Origin: Bacteroidales bacterium
GTDB taxonomy: Bacteria; Bacteroidota; Bacteroidia; Bacteroidales; UBA7960
Reading direction: 5' to 3'
Assembly (NCBI GenBank): GCA_007125585.1
Contig: SLCY01000023.1
Location: forward strand, 1-60,739
DNA: 60,739 nt
A program made the translations under genes and the position numbers. The first letter of the stretch is position 1. Each line of letters begins with the position of its first letter. A model generated the notes under the pieces. That model worked only from the letters and a program-made list of their open reading frames with translations, did no database searches and was not told the origin of the DNA. This document shows positions 27,701 to 37,036 of this stretch, in pieces.

Positions 27701-28463
27701 CCTGTGTTCCGAAAAACACATCTCGGCCAACACGTGCCAGGAATTGCATAACCTTTGTTTCATCACAGGCAAATCGGGAAAAAGAGCCTCAGGACTGCTG
27801 GCGCTCAAGGAAAAAAACAATGCACAGGGGTTGTACGACATGGGTGCGTGCGCCGGATTCATTCCCGGGGGATCGCCCATGGCGGATATCTCCAACGTGG
27901 AGCGCCTGCAATCTTACTGGGAATGCACCGGCATACCCGCCGAAGTGAACCAGGACCAATGGGGACTGCTGCAAAACGGCAGCATCAAAAATGCGTTCAT
28001 CTTTGGCGAAGACCCTATTGGCTGTGCCCTGAACAAGGAAGAAGTTGCAGCTGTATTACAAAAGGTTGACTTCCTGGCGGTCCAGGATCTGTTCATGAGC
28101 GAAACAGCGAAAGCCTCTGACCTGATCCTTCCCGCCTCCCTCCCGGTAGAAACAGGCGGAAGCTTTACCAATACCAACAAGTTCATTCAACAGTTCAACG
28201 CAGAGATGCCCTCCCCGGTCGAGGCTACAAGCGTGGAGCAGCTTAAGACACTGCACCGGATCGCAGGACTGCAAACCGCGTATTCGTCGCCGGCCGATGT
28301 GATGCTCGAAGTGGCAGGACTGCTGGAATCGCGCCCTAAAACCAATACCAGGCCGACACTAAGATATACCGAAAAAGATAACCCCACCCGTCGATTTGAC
28401 TACGGGTGCGACACACTGGTCAAAATGTTTGAAGAAAACTGGAAAGAAGCATTTTCCAAATAA
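24771..28463 (+). CDS. Large subunit: [2Fe-2S] + GltD/NfnL-like FAD/NADPH domain + NuoG-like Fe-S and molybdopterin-fold domain (NfnA-like)
   Basis: IPTLC/CYLCVVE/ACST, CGRVC.RPCE, GAGPGG, GGGNTAMD, YRRT, CILCSRCIRIC, CDACGLCIDTCP, TICTYCSVGC. C-terminal molybdopterin-fold motif SDLILPA. Confidence 0.85.
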   Translation: MSALNIIINKQIVKGEKGETILDLARRLDIEIPTLCNDERLEPFSSCYLCVVEVEGMRGLQPACSTKVAEGMRIETNNERVEKSRKFALELLVSNHYADCTPPCREECPAGVDVQGYISMISKGKHHEAVELIKQTNPLPAICGRVCVRPCELVCRRTLLEDAGVGIDYLKRYTSDIDLYSDTRYMPGVKPPTGKKVAIIGAGPGGLTAAYYLALEGHHTEIFEASPHAGGMLRYGIPPYRLPNDVIEKEIEGITKLGVQINYNKKLGGNFTYETLRDTFHATVLAIGSQKGTGIGCENDDAGNIFSGIDFLRNMEMTGQKYDFAGKRVAVIGGGNTAMDCCRTAKRCGAEEVTVIYRRTEKEMPANPIEIHESKIEGINYMFLTAPAKVNKDEKGNLRSLTCIRMELGEPDASGRRRPVKIEGSEFDVELDYILAAIGQKTVVDFIDDISSHAETPLKLNKWGDIDADPKTLQTSIESVFACGDGVTGPATLIEAIAQGKLAAQSCNQWLGGQKVTPPIPEFLSKKDHFEKQQEGDYQGLFPEQPREEMPTLEAQMRSDFDEVELGYTDEAARQETHRCLECGCSELHTCDLKRYANDYQAEQRRFGGDYKKHAVDFDHPFIEIDNNKCILCSRCIRICSEVNGANALGLVNRGFETYVAPSMDGRLRDTHCDACGLCIDTCPTGAITENVPFKTMPVRMENVQTICTYCSVGCAIKLHHKGGFVARTTGYNGLVNKDGSICRFPKFGYHYMNDASRVTTPMLRENGTFKPVSFDTAYDILRERMEACTPEENGFYIGARLTNEEMYLVQKLARAGVKTNNVSSFHYMDRGSGYMDNAKFSVPVELLRKAKTLYVLDSDINTEHGVASFYAFSTHVRDQIPLELITTRDDSSMAHKAGTVTRIQATYPFVKAAIHYILHNKLENRVYIDDHCEGFEAYREHVLQEDFDSLILAAGCTPAQLVRFAGQFTREAQAVILCSEKHISANTCQELHNLCFITGKSGKRASGLLALKEKNNAQGLYDMGACAGFIPGGSPMADISNVERLQSYWECTGIPAEVNQDQWGLLQNGSIKNAFIFGEDPIGCALNKEEVAAVLQKVDFLAVQDLFMSETAKASDLILPASLPVETGGSFTNTNKFIQQFNAEMPSPVEATSVEQLKTLHRIAGLQTAYSSPADVMLEVAGLLESRPKTNTRPTLRYTEKDNPTRRFDYGCDTLVKMFEENWKEAFSK

Positions 28464-28475
28464 AAAAATGATACC

Positions 28476-28931
28476 ATGGATACATTCAATTCTGTTAATG
28501 AGATCCTCGATTTTGCGATGCAATCGGAACAGGAGGCGGTTGACTTCTACACCTCCCTTGCCGAAAAAATGGAAAACGAGGAAATGAATGCCACCTTCCT
28601 GCAGTTTGCAAGGGAAGAAGTAGGCCATAAAGCACGCCTGCAAAAGATCAAGGACGAAGGGATCTTTGACATGGAGGTGGAACAGGTGCGCGATTTGAAG
28701 ATCGCTGATTATGTTGTCCGCACCAAAGCCACTGACGACATGGAATACCGCGATGCGCTGGTGCTTGCCATGAAACGCGAAAAAGCCGCTTTCAAGCTAT
28801 ATACAAAGCTGGCAGAGAGCACGGAAAACAAAGAACTGCAAAAGGTGTTTCAAGCCCTTGCGGTGGAAGAATCGAAACACAAACTGCGTTTCGAAATAGA
28901 ATACGATGACTACGTTATGCGTGAAAACTAA
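28476..28931 (+). CDS. Ferritin-like (rubrerythrin-type di-iron) protein without a rubredoxin domain
   Basis: Two E...EExxH repeats (EQEA..FY...EEVGH and EKAA..LY...EESKH). Starts 12 nt after the oxidoreductase stop. Confidence 0.88.
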   Translation: MDTFNSVNEILDFAMQSEQEAVDFYTSLAEKMENEEMNATFLQFAREEVGHKARLQKIKDEGIFDMEVEQVRDLKIADYVVRTKATDDMEYRDALVLAMKREKAAFKLYTKLAESTENKELQKVFQALAVEESKHKLRFEIEYDDYVMREN

Positions 28932-29007
28932 TAACAGCGGGGGCCACCCGTTGCACTGCATTCATCCTGTGTAACAGTTTACGGATCTTCTCCCACGAAA
29001 AGGGCTG

Positions 29008-31089
29008 TCAATAGTTTAGCAACTCCAATGCTGCATCCTTGATTTTTTCAGCCGAAGGAAGAATTGCCTGTTCCAGGTTCTTGTGGAACCCAACGGGGGT
29101 GAACGTTGACCCGACCCGTTTCACCGGTGCATCGAGATACTCAAATCCGCGTTCGGTGATCTGTGATGCCAGTTCCCCGCCAAACCCGGCGAACACCTTG
29201 TCTTCATGCACGACAAGCGCCCTGCTTGTCTTTTTAACCGATTGCAGGATGGTTTCGCTGTCGAGGGGTATCAGGGAGCGGATATCAACCACCTCCACCT
29301 CTTTGCCGGTTTCTTCTTTGATGGCCCCGGCCGCCTGGATGCTCAAATGGGTCGTATTGCCGTAGGTAATGATGGATAGGTCATTGCCCTTACGACGTAT
29401 GCGGGCTTTTCCGAAAGGCACTTCAAAATCGTCGGGTACCGGTGTTTCGGCAGCTTTGGCGTTGTAGAGTGCCTTCGGCTCCAGGAACAAGGTGGGTCCC
29501 CTTGACCGCATCGATGTGCGCAGCAGGCCTGCCGCATCGTCGGCAAACGACGGGTACACCACCCGGATACCGGGAAACGCGGTCAGGGCCCCTTCGGTGG
29601 TCTGGGAATGGTAAAGTCCCCCGCCTATGTACCCTCCCGAGGCCAGCCGGATGGTGACGTTGGGAGCGAACTTCCCGTTGCTCCGCCAGTAGTCGTGCGT
29701 CATCTCCACATATTGCTCCATGGCAGGCCAGAAATAGTCGGCAAACTCAGCCCCTTCTATCACTAACCGTATCTTCTCGTTAAACCGGCTCATCCCGTTG
29801 GCTGTACCCACAATGTAATCTTCCGCAATGGGAGCATTGAAGACACGTTCAATGCCGAACTCTTTCTGCATTCCCTTGGTAACATTGAAAATGCCGCCCT
29901 TCTCCTTGTAGGCCACGTCCTGTCCCCAGATAAACGTATCGGGATTGTGACGGAACTCCGCTTTCAACGTTTCATTCAAGGCTGTGATCAGCTTCTTCTT
30001 CTCCCCTCTCCCGTCATGGGTCCCATCAGGGTATTTTTCGGGGACATGCGGCTCAGGAATAACATGGTCGTATATGGAGGCAGGATCGGGATCCGGGGCT
30101 TTCATCACCTTTTTGTGCGCCCCGGCAATCTCTTTTGCCACCTCTTTATCGATGGCGTCGAGCTCTTCCTGCTTATAGATCTTGTTGTTCAGCAGGAGTT
30201 TCTGGATCTTGCCCATGGGGTCGTGCGCCTTCACGCAATGCAGCTCCCGCTCGTCGCGGTAGAGGTCGTGACGGTCGCTGTTGGAGTGCGACCCGATGCG
30301 TACCACGCTGGCGTGCACAATGACCGGCTCGCCGGTCTCCAGCACATGTTTCTTGGCTTCGTGCATGGCATTCATGGAACTCAGCACGTCCTTGCCGTCG
30401 CAGTGTATGATACGCAGGTTCTTGAATCCCCGGAAATTGTCGGCCGCCTTGCGGTTGGCCGTCTGGTCCTTTTTGGGAACGGAAATACCGTATCCGTTGT
30501 CCTGGAAGACAAAGATGACGGGCAGCTTCTCGTTGCTGGCCCCGTTGATGGCCTCGTAGACATAGCCCTCCGATACCGACGACTCGCCCTGGGAGCTGAT
30601 GGCAACCCCCTTGTGGCCATACCGCTTCATGGCACGGGCCACCCCGACGGCATGAAGGGTGTGGTTGCCCGTCGATGATGAAACATTGTGGATGTTCCAT
30701 TCAGGCTTGGCAAAGTGGTTCGACATATGGCGTCCCCCACTGGCCATATCGGTGGCTTTGGAAAGGCCATTGAGCAGTATCTCCTCGGCGGTGATGCCGG
30801 CCGATAAAGCAGTAAGCATATCACGGTAGTAAGGGAATAAATGGTCTGTCTGCCGGTTGAAGACCTGTCCGATGGCAAGCTGGATCCCATCATGGCCTGC
30901 ATAGGGTGCATGATAGGACCATCCCAAAGCCTGCTTGAGGTAATTCGGCGCCTTGTCGTCCAGCTTACGGCCCAGCACCATCAAGCGATACCACTCCTTA
31001 AACGTTTCCGGATCAACACTTTCAGGTGTGAAGGCTTGGGTCTCAACAAGTTCTTTGACCGCTTTCTTTTTGGTTGTGGTGGTTCCCAT
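29008..31089 (-). CDS. Fused E1 alpha/beta 2-oxoacid (probably 2-oxoisovalerate) dehydrogenase
   Basis: PYYRD, TPP motif GESSVSEG...QDNGYGIS, SHSNSD, and beta part GQDV...NAPIAE...FLEPK...VVHED. Confidence 0.9.
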   Translation of the reverse strand: MGTTTTKKKAVKELVETQAFTPESVDPETFKEWYRLMVLGRKLDDKAPNYLKQALGWSYHAPYAGHDGIQLAIGQVFNRQTDHLFPYYRDMLTALSAGITAEEILLNGLSKATDMASGGRHMSNHFAKPEWNIHNVSSSTGNHTLHAVGVARAMKRYGHKGVAISSQGESSVSEGYVYEAINGASNEKLPVIFVFQDNGYGISVPKKDQTANRKAADNFRGFKNLRIIHCDGKDVLSSMNAMHEAKKHVLETGEPVIVHASVVRIGSHSNSDRHDLYRDERELHCVKAHDPMGKIQKLLLNNKIYKQEELDAIDKEVAKEIAGAHKKVMKAPDPDPASIYDHVIPEPHVPEKYPDGTHDGRGEKKKLITALNETLKAEFRHNPDTFIWGQDVAYKEKGGIFNVTKGMQKEFGIERVFNAPIAEDYIVGTANGMSRFNEKIRLVIEGAEFADYFWPAMEQYVEMTHDYWRSNGKFAPNVTIRLASGGYIGGGLYHSQTTEGALTAFPGIRVVYPSFADDAAGLLRTSMRSRGPTLFLEPKALYNAKAAETPVPDDFEVPFGKARIRRKGNDLSIITYGNTTHLSIQAAGAIKEETGKEVEVVDIRSLIPLDSETILQSVKKTSRALVVHEDKVFAGFGGELASQITERGFEYLDAPVKRVGSTFTPVGFHKNLEQAILPSAEKIKDAALELLNY

Positions 31090-31347
31090 GGTATTGTATA
31101 TTTTCTTATGTATCTTTAATTCGCCTCTCTCTTAACACCAAAATGCCGGTTTTGTTTAGGTGCACTTTTTCATCCGGCCCTGGAATTTTTACGCAGCACC
31201 GCGTCATATTGACAAAATGGACCTTTATCACCCTGTATCATAGACACGGGGCCCGGGATGGAAGCATGTTTTTGTAACGGGTTTTCATGGATGGTGACTA
31301 ACTGCCGCATGAGCATCTGTCCCAGATCCTCTGTCGGTCAATCCAAG

Positions 31348-32862
31348 TTAATATTGCATGGTTGTTTTGATGGCTTTAGGGATCTTTTCGATGATGTCAC
31401 CGGCTGTGAGCCCTTCGTACCCCTTGGCGTTGGCAGCCAGATCTCCGGCCCGTCCATGCAGGTACACGCCGAGGATGCAGCTGTGCAATGTCGAATAGTT
31501 TTGCGACAGCCAGCCCAGGATCATGCCTGTGAGTACGTCGCCAGTTCCTCCTGTGGCCATCCCGGGATTGCCGGTGGAGTTGAAGAAGCAACGGCCATCC
31601 GGACAAACGATCGCGGTATGGGCGCCTTTCAGCACCACATAGACCTGAAAGCGGTGTGCCATCTCCAGGGCTTTATCCAGCCTGTCATGGTCATCGGTGG
31701 TTTTTCCGGCAACACGGTCAAACTCGCCCGGGTGTGGTGTGAATACAGACCCTTTTGGCAAAAAGCCGCACCAGGTGAGGTTTTCCGATAAGATATTGAG
31801 GGCATCCGCATCAAGCACCATGGGCACGGTGGAGTTCTGTATCAGCAGTTTCAGGGCACGTGCTGTTTGCTCGTGCAAGCCCAGCCCGGGACCTACCCCG
31901 ACAGCATTGAACCCCTCAAGGTCAGCCACCTCCGACACAAAGTGCGGATGTTCATCCGCCACACACATGGCTTCCGGGACAGCCGTTTGAATGACTTCGT
32001 ACCCACACTGGGGAAGCTGAACGGTCAATAATCCGGTCCCGGTGCGTATAGCCGCCCTGGCAGATAGCACTGCTGCCCCCACCTTGCCCCTGCTGCCAGC
32101 CATCAGGTATGCATGCCCGTAGTGGCCTTTATGCGAAAACTTGCGTCGCGGACGATAGATCGTCCGGATATCCGAAGCCTGCAGAAAATGATTTTTGCTC
32201 TCCTCAGACCTGACACCCTCCGGATGAAGCCCAATATCAATAAGGTACCATGACCCGAGGTACTTCTCGTTGGAAGGGAACATAAAAGCCAGTCTTGGAA
32301 ACTGAAAACTAAGGGTGTAGTCAGCACGAATAATATTTCCGGAGTCATTCTGCCGGTTGTCCTCACAAAACAGGCCTGTGGGAATGTCTATGGCAACCAC
32401 TACAGCATCCGAGGCATTGATATGGTGCACCACTTTTGCGAGGATCCCTTCCAAAGGCCTTGTCAACCCGCTCCCCAGCAAGGCATCTATCACCAGGTCC
32501 TTCCCCTCCAGCAAGGGCATATCCCTCCCGTCATTCAACTCCTCAAGATGCAGGTTCTTCAAGCCTGCCAGCCGCTTTTCATTGACCAGGAAATCATCCG
32601 AAGCGTTGTCAGCATGCAGCACCTTATATACATGCACTTTGTGTCCTGTGCCGGCAAGCATCCTCGCGATCGCCAATCCATCGCCCCCATTATTGCCCAT
32701 GCCACAAAAGACCCGGATGGTAAGCTTTTTCTTCATGTGGCGCCGTATCCACTCATAACACTTTTTTGCTGCACGCTCCATCAGGTCTATAGAAGCTATG
32801 GGCTCGTTCTCAATGGTGTAGGCGTCCACTTTCCGTATCTGTGAAGCATTCAAAATTTTCAT
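31348..32862 (-). CDS. nnr: Bifunctional NAD(P)H-hydrate epimerase/dehydratase
   Basis: LMERA, GNNGGDG, DALLGSG, DIPTG, HKGHYG, GPGLG, DADALN, TPHPGEF, MATGGTGDVLTG. Confidence 0.93.
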   Translation of the reverse strand: MKILNASQIRKVDAYTIENEPIASIDLMERAAKKCYEWIRRHMKKKLTIRVFCGMGNNGGDGLAIARMLAGTGHKVHVYKVLHADNASDDFLVNEKRLAGLKNLHLEELNDGRDMPLLEGKDLVIDALLGSGLTRPLEGILAKVVHHINASDAVVVAIDIPTGLFCEDNRQNDSGNIIRADYTLSFQFPRLAFMFPSNEKYLGSWYLIDIGLHPEGVRSEESKNHFLQASDIRTIYRPRRKFSHKGHYGHAYLMAGSRGKVGAAVLSARAAIRTGTGLLTVQLPQCGYEVIQTAVPEAMCVADEHPHFVSEVADLEGFNAVGVGPGLGLHEQTARALKLLIQNSTVPMVLDADALNILSENLTWCGFLPKGSVFTPHPGEFDRVAGKTTDDHDRLDKALEMAHRFQVYVVLKGAHTAIVCPDGRCFFNSTGNPGMATGGTGDVLTGMILGWLSQNYSTLHSCILGVYLHGRAGDLAANAKGYEGLTAGDIIEKIPKAIKTTMQY

Positions 32863-33173
32863 GGGTTTATGTTTTGGTTGAAAGGTCAAGCCCTGTCGTT
32901 ACTACTGTTTGTATTTCAGCACCTTGTGTGTTGATCCAAGGTTTTTGGTTTAAAAGACAGGATGTGTGATATCTTTTTTATTTTTATATTTCGGTCACTT
33001 GGAGCAGGCTGGTTTTTGATCAACCCGGTGTGTGGCTGGTGAACGGTCATGGTTTGGTTCATCACCTCAGACAAAGGAACCGCAGGGTAGCCAATGAACC
33101 AAGCAACTCATTTTCCGCGCTTTAAACAGCTCAAATATAGCCTGTTTTTTCCGGAATAACAACAACCTGACTG

Positions 33174-33860
33174 ATGGTCACCATTCATGCAGACAGAAAG
33201 TCCACACCTTTGATGTCGACAGCCTACCTGCCGCCTTTGGATTACATGGGATGTCTGGCCAGTGCCTCGAAAGCCATTATCGAGTTGCATGAGACATATC
33301 CAAAGCAGACGTGGCGAAACAGGTGCCGCATATTGACGGCGAACGGTCCGCTTGACCTGAGTATTCCGGTACACAGGCCTTCAGGCAGCCTTACCAGGAC
33401 CAAAGATGTGCTGATCAGCAGTCATGACGACTGGCAGGTAAGACACTGGCGGGCTATTTTTACCGCCTATGGCAATGCCCCGTTTTTTTTGTTTTACAAA
33501 GAACTGATTGCCCCATTTTTCTCCGAAAGACTTGAAGGGCCACTCTGGATTTTCAATAAAAGACTGATGGCATTGCTTCTCCGGGAGCTGAACCTGGATG
33601 TTTGTCTAACAGAGACCGCCTCATATGTAAAACAGCCTCACGGGCTCCATGATCTGCGTTCGGTGTTCAGTCCGAAGTCCCCCGCCGGTGCAGACTTCCT
33701 TGCAACCACCATGCCGCCTTATTATCAGGTCTTTTCTGATAAACATGGCTTTGTCCCCAACCTGAGCATACTTGACCTTTTGTTCCATCTCGGGCCGGAG
33801 TCCGGAGGGTATCTTGCGAAGCTCCTGAAACCTTTTCAGGATTATCCCAAAGAGGGATAA
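33174..33860 (+). CDS. WbqC family protein
   Basis: YLPP, KQTWRNRC.I, AYGNAPFF, Y.QVF...GFVPNLSILDLLF. Confidence 0.85.
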   Translation: MVTIHADRKSTPLMSTAYLPPLDYMGCLASASKAIIELHETYPKQTWRNRCRILTANGPLDLSIPVHRPSGSLTRTKDVLISSHDDWQVRHWRAIFTAYGNAPFFLFYKELIAPFFSERLEGPLWIFNKRLMALLLRELNLDVCLTETASYVKQPHGLHDLRSVFSPKSPAGADFLATTMPPYYQVFSDKHGFVPNLSILDLLFHLGPESGGYLAKLLKPFQDYPKEG

Positions 33861-35920
33861 GCCACCCGCACGTGGTATATGTTCAGCAACATTCGCTTGA
33901 ATATCCCTTTGACCGTGGTGATGTCCTTGAACGTGATGTCTGCGTTATCAAACTGTTTTTCCTGCACCTGTGTGTCAATCATGCTATCAACCAGCTGGTT
34001 GATCTTCTTCTCGTCGGGTTTGCCAAGGCTTCGCGACGCAGCCTCCACCGAGTCGGCCATCATCACCACGGCTGTTTCCTTGCTGAAAGGTCGCGGACCG
34101 GGATAGATGAAATCAGCCTTGCTCACTTCCTCATCTGTGCTTTCGTTCACCTGCATGGTATAAAAATAGCGGGCGGTGGTGGTTCCGTGATGTGTTCTGA
34201 TAAAATCGATGATATACTCCGGCAGGTTGTTCTTGCGTGCCATCTCGATACCATCGATCACATGGTCAATGATTACCCGGGCGCTTTCTTTAAAGGATAT
34301 TTCATCATGGGGGTTGAATTCAGAGGTCTGGTTCTCTGTGAAATACTGAGGGTTCTTCATCTTCCCTATGTCGTGGTAAAGGGCCCCGGTACGGGCCAGC
34401 AAGCTGTTTCCGCCGATTTCGATCAGGGCCTCTTCCGACAGGTTGGCCACCTGCAAAGAATGTTGAAAGGTCCCCGGGGCTTTCAGCCCGAGGTTACGCA
34501 ATAAGGAATTATTGGTATCTGCCAGTTCAAGCAGCGAAAAGTCGGTGGGCATCCCGAAGATACGCTCAAAAAGGAATATCACGGGATATGCAAACAATGT
34601 CAGGAATGCGCCGCCGGCGAAATAGGCAAAATCGCGCCAGTATAAATTTTCAAAAGATCCTGTATGGGCCAGTGACAATCCAAAATATACCGCACAATAG
34701 GTGGCAAAGATGAGCGTCACTGTTATAAAAAGCTGCGAGCGCCGCCGCAGGCTTGCCATACTCAGGATCGCAATAATGCCCGCCAGGAACTGGATGAACA
34801 CGAACTCGAAGCTTCGGGGGATCAGAAACCCGATGAGGATGATGGTGATGATGTGAATGTAAAGTGCCAGCCTGTTGTCAAAAAAGGCGCGAATGATCAC
34901 CGGTACAAGGCATACGGGCACAAGATAGAGGTAGTCGATGTTGAAGCGGATTACAAAGCTGGTCAAAAAGACCATCAGCAAGACAGACAGCAGGATGAGC
35001 AGGATCTTCCGGTTATCGAAAAAAACATCTTTGCGGAAGAAGTAAAGGAAAAGCAGCAATACGATCATGGAGATGCTCACCAGAACAAACTGACCCGCAT
35101 AAAGTATTGTCTGCAAGGCAGCATCGCCGATTTGCCGCTGGTATTCAACCTTGAAGGATTCCAGGATCTGATAGGTTTCCGGAGTAACCAATTCCCCTTT
35201 GGAGACGATCTTTTCTCCCTCCTGCACCATGCCCCTTGTCAGGGGAATGCTTTCAATTTCCGCTTCCATGGTGCGTTCTGTCAGTGCTTCATTGTAAAAA
35301 ACATTATGGCTCAGGGCATTTTCCAGCAATGGCTGCAAAAGATCGGCATCTATCTCTTCTGCCCTGTCTTCCAGCACAGAGATCATGTAAATATAGGCTT
35401 CCTGAATGGTATACATAGCCCCCAGCACTCTCGACCTGGCCACATTGTCTTCCAGCAACCTGATATTGAAGTTTTCCGGTTTATCCCTGAATTCTTCATC
35501 CAGAAAGATAATTCCCGCATTGTACAGATGTGCAAGGATATCCAGTCCTACCTGCCTGTTTCGTTGCTTCAGGGCATTCGCTGGTTCATCAGGGTATTTC
35601 TCTTCCCATGCGGCATCAAGGGAGCTTTCAAACGTTTCTTTCATCGACTGTGTCACCTCGGGATGGCGGGAGAAGAAGGGCTGAAATGTTTCGATCAGTT
35701 CCCCCCTCTCCTTTTCAAGTTCTTCAGTGGTTTTTAAGACAGCGAAATCAAAAGGTGCAATAAGGTCTTCAAACATCCAGGGGCGGGCTTTCTGGTATTC
35801 ATACTCAAACCCCGGCTGCTTTGGGAAAAGCTGAACCAGCAAAAAGATGCTCAGCAGCACCAAAAATCCTTTGTAGATATTTGTATACTGACGCTGAAGC
35901 CAGTGAAAGATCATTTTCAT
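33842..35920 (-). CDS. 7TM-HD (HDIG) membrane phosphohydrolase, PgpH-like cyclic dinucleotide phosphodiesterase
   Basis: Extracytoplasmic domain, about 7 TM helices, APGTFQHS, LYHDIGK, THHGT, YPGPRP, MADSVEAA. Confidence 0.88.
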   Translation of the reverse strand: MKMIFHWLQRQYTNIYKGFLVLLSIFLLVQLFPKQPGFEYEYQKARPWMFEDLIAPFDFAVLKTTEELEKERGELIETFQPFFSRHPEVTQSMKETFESSLDAAWEEKYPDEPANALKQRNRQVGLDILAHLYNAGIIFLDEEFRDKPENFNIRLLEDNVARSRVLGAMYTIQEAYIYMISVLEDRAEEIDADLLQPLLENALSHNVFYNEALTERTMEAEIESIPLTRGMVQEGEKIVSKGELVTPETYQILESFKVEYQRQIGDAALQTILYAGQFVLVSISMIVLLLFLYFFRKDVFFDNRKILLILLSVLLMVFLTSFVIRFNIDYLYLVPVCLVPVIIRAFFDNRLALYIHIITIILIGFLIPRSFEFVFIQFLAGIIAILSMASLRRRSQLFITVTLIFATYCAVYFGLSLAHTGSFENLYWRDFAYFAGGAFLTLFAYPVIFLFERIFGMPTDFSLLELADTNNSLLRNLGLKAPGTFQHSLQVANLSEEALIEIGGNSLLARTGALYHDIGKMKNPQYFTENQTSEFNPHDEISFKESARVIIDHVIDGIEMARKNNLPEYIIDFIRTHHGTTTARYFYTMQVNESTDEEVSKADFIYPGPRPFSKETAVVMMADSVEAASRSLGKPDEKKINQLVDSMIDTQVQEKQFDNADITFKDITTVKGIFKRMLLNIYHVRVAYPSLG

Positions 35921-36111
35921 GGAACGAACAAGTTATATTGGAACTTTCTAAGCGTAAACGAATTTAATCATTTCTTTGATGAAAACAAGATCAACCATTA
36001 TCCCGGAACAAAAAAAAACCCTACTTTTATTGTCCGGGCATTTACATGTCCCGAACCGACAGTTCTCATCCTGAGACTGCCAAACGTTGTTTAACTAAAT
36101 CGATGATTGAA

Positions 36112-36888
36112 ATGGATACTGGTATTTGTCTGATAACCACTGCTGCGGTGCGCATGGAACCTGACCACAAACGTGAGATGGTCACTCAGTTGTTATTTGG
36201 TGAGCGCTTTGAGATCCTGGAACAGACAGAAAAATGGCTGCATATTGATATTCTTCGTTATCATTACCATGGGTGGGTTGCCCGGAACCAGGTGGAGATG
36301 ACAGATCAAAACACTGCCAGGTCGCTGGAAAGGGCCGGCGAGCTGGTGACCGGAAGCCACCTGGAGACTGTTACCGAAGCACCATCAGGCAATCGTTTCC
36401 TGTTGAGTGCGGGCAGTTCTTATTATGCAAACCGGGATGGGAAAATGTCTGTCAACGGGAAGACATATCATTATGCCGGAGAATTATTAAAGGGCGACAA
36501 TGCAGACGGGAACAACATCTGCCGGCATGCACTTGCTTTTATTCATACCCCCTACCTCTGGGGTGGCCGTTCTGCATTTGGCATGGATTGTTCAGGCCTT
36601 GTACAGCTTGTTTGTAAAATGACAGGCATTACCATCCCCAGGGATGCGTTGGTACAGGCCAACCATGGAGAAAGCATCCATCTGATCAATGAATCACAAC
36701 CCGGCGATCTCGTATTTTTCGGTAAAGACGAGGAAGAGATCACCCATATCGGGATCATTGCCGGCGATGGCCGGGTGGTCCATGCCCATGGCCTGGTGCG
36801 CATAGACAAGATTGACCATCACGGGATCTTCAATGAAACGTTGAAAAGGTATACCCATAAGCTCCGGCTGATCAAACGCGTGGTTTAA
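36112..36888 (+). CDS. NlpC/P60 (C40) peptidase with N-terminal SH3-like domain
   Basis: EMVTQLLFGE...GWV, then PYLWGG, DCSG, PGDLVFF, HIGI. Start uncertain (36103 or 36112). Confidence 0.9.
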   Translation: MDTGICLITTAAVRMEPDHKREMVTQLLFGERFEILEQTEKWLHIDILRYHYHGWVARNQVEMTDQNTARSLERAGELVTGSHLETVTEAPSGNRFLLSAGSSYYANRDGKMSVNGKTYHYAGELLKGDNADGNNICRHALAFIHTPYLWGGRSAFGMDCSGLVQLVCKMTGITIPRDALVQANHGESIHLINESQPGDLVFFGKDEEEITHIGIIAGDGRVVHAHGLVRIDKIDHHGIFNETLKRYTHKLRLIKRVV

Positions 36889-36995
36889 TCGTTGATCTGT
36901 CAATGGCTGGTCTGGATTGTTTTTCCTGACAAACTGCGCAGCATTATTGAACCTTACCGTTGCGGTGCTGTTTTCCTGTGAATGAATATTTTCTT

Positions 36996-37003
36996 TACCT
37001 TTG
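36996..37003 (+). promoter_or_regulatory. -7 box of the thrS-infC-rpmI-rplT operon
   Basis: TACCTTTG followed by CA, 33 nt before the thrS ATG. Confidence 0.7.
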
Positions 37004-37036
37004 CAGCCTGAAAAATGGCTGAAAACCTAATCGCTG

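Noticed and set aside
24875-27749. Long alternative ORFs (287, 307 and 359 aa) inside the oxidoreductase gene
   Set aside because: Expected from GC-rich third positions; low-complexity translations without motifs.
22380-28463. Complex I nuoEFG, [FeFe]-hydrogenase or formate dehydrogenase
   Set aside because: No membrane nuo genes nearby and no H-cluster motifs. The segment that carries the Cys/Sec-His Mo ligand in FdhA reads NNVSSFHY here.
31090-31347. Possible ncRNA or riboswitch in the nnr-E1 spacer
   Set aside because: Only a loose inverted repeat is visible, with no motif I can match to a known family.
34853-35737. 294-aa antisense ORF in the 7TM-HD gene (likewise 43657-44511 and 58231-58983)
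   Set aside because: Shadow frames of well-supported genes, with no independent evidence.
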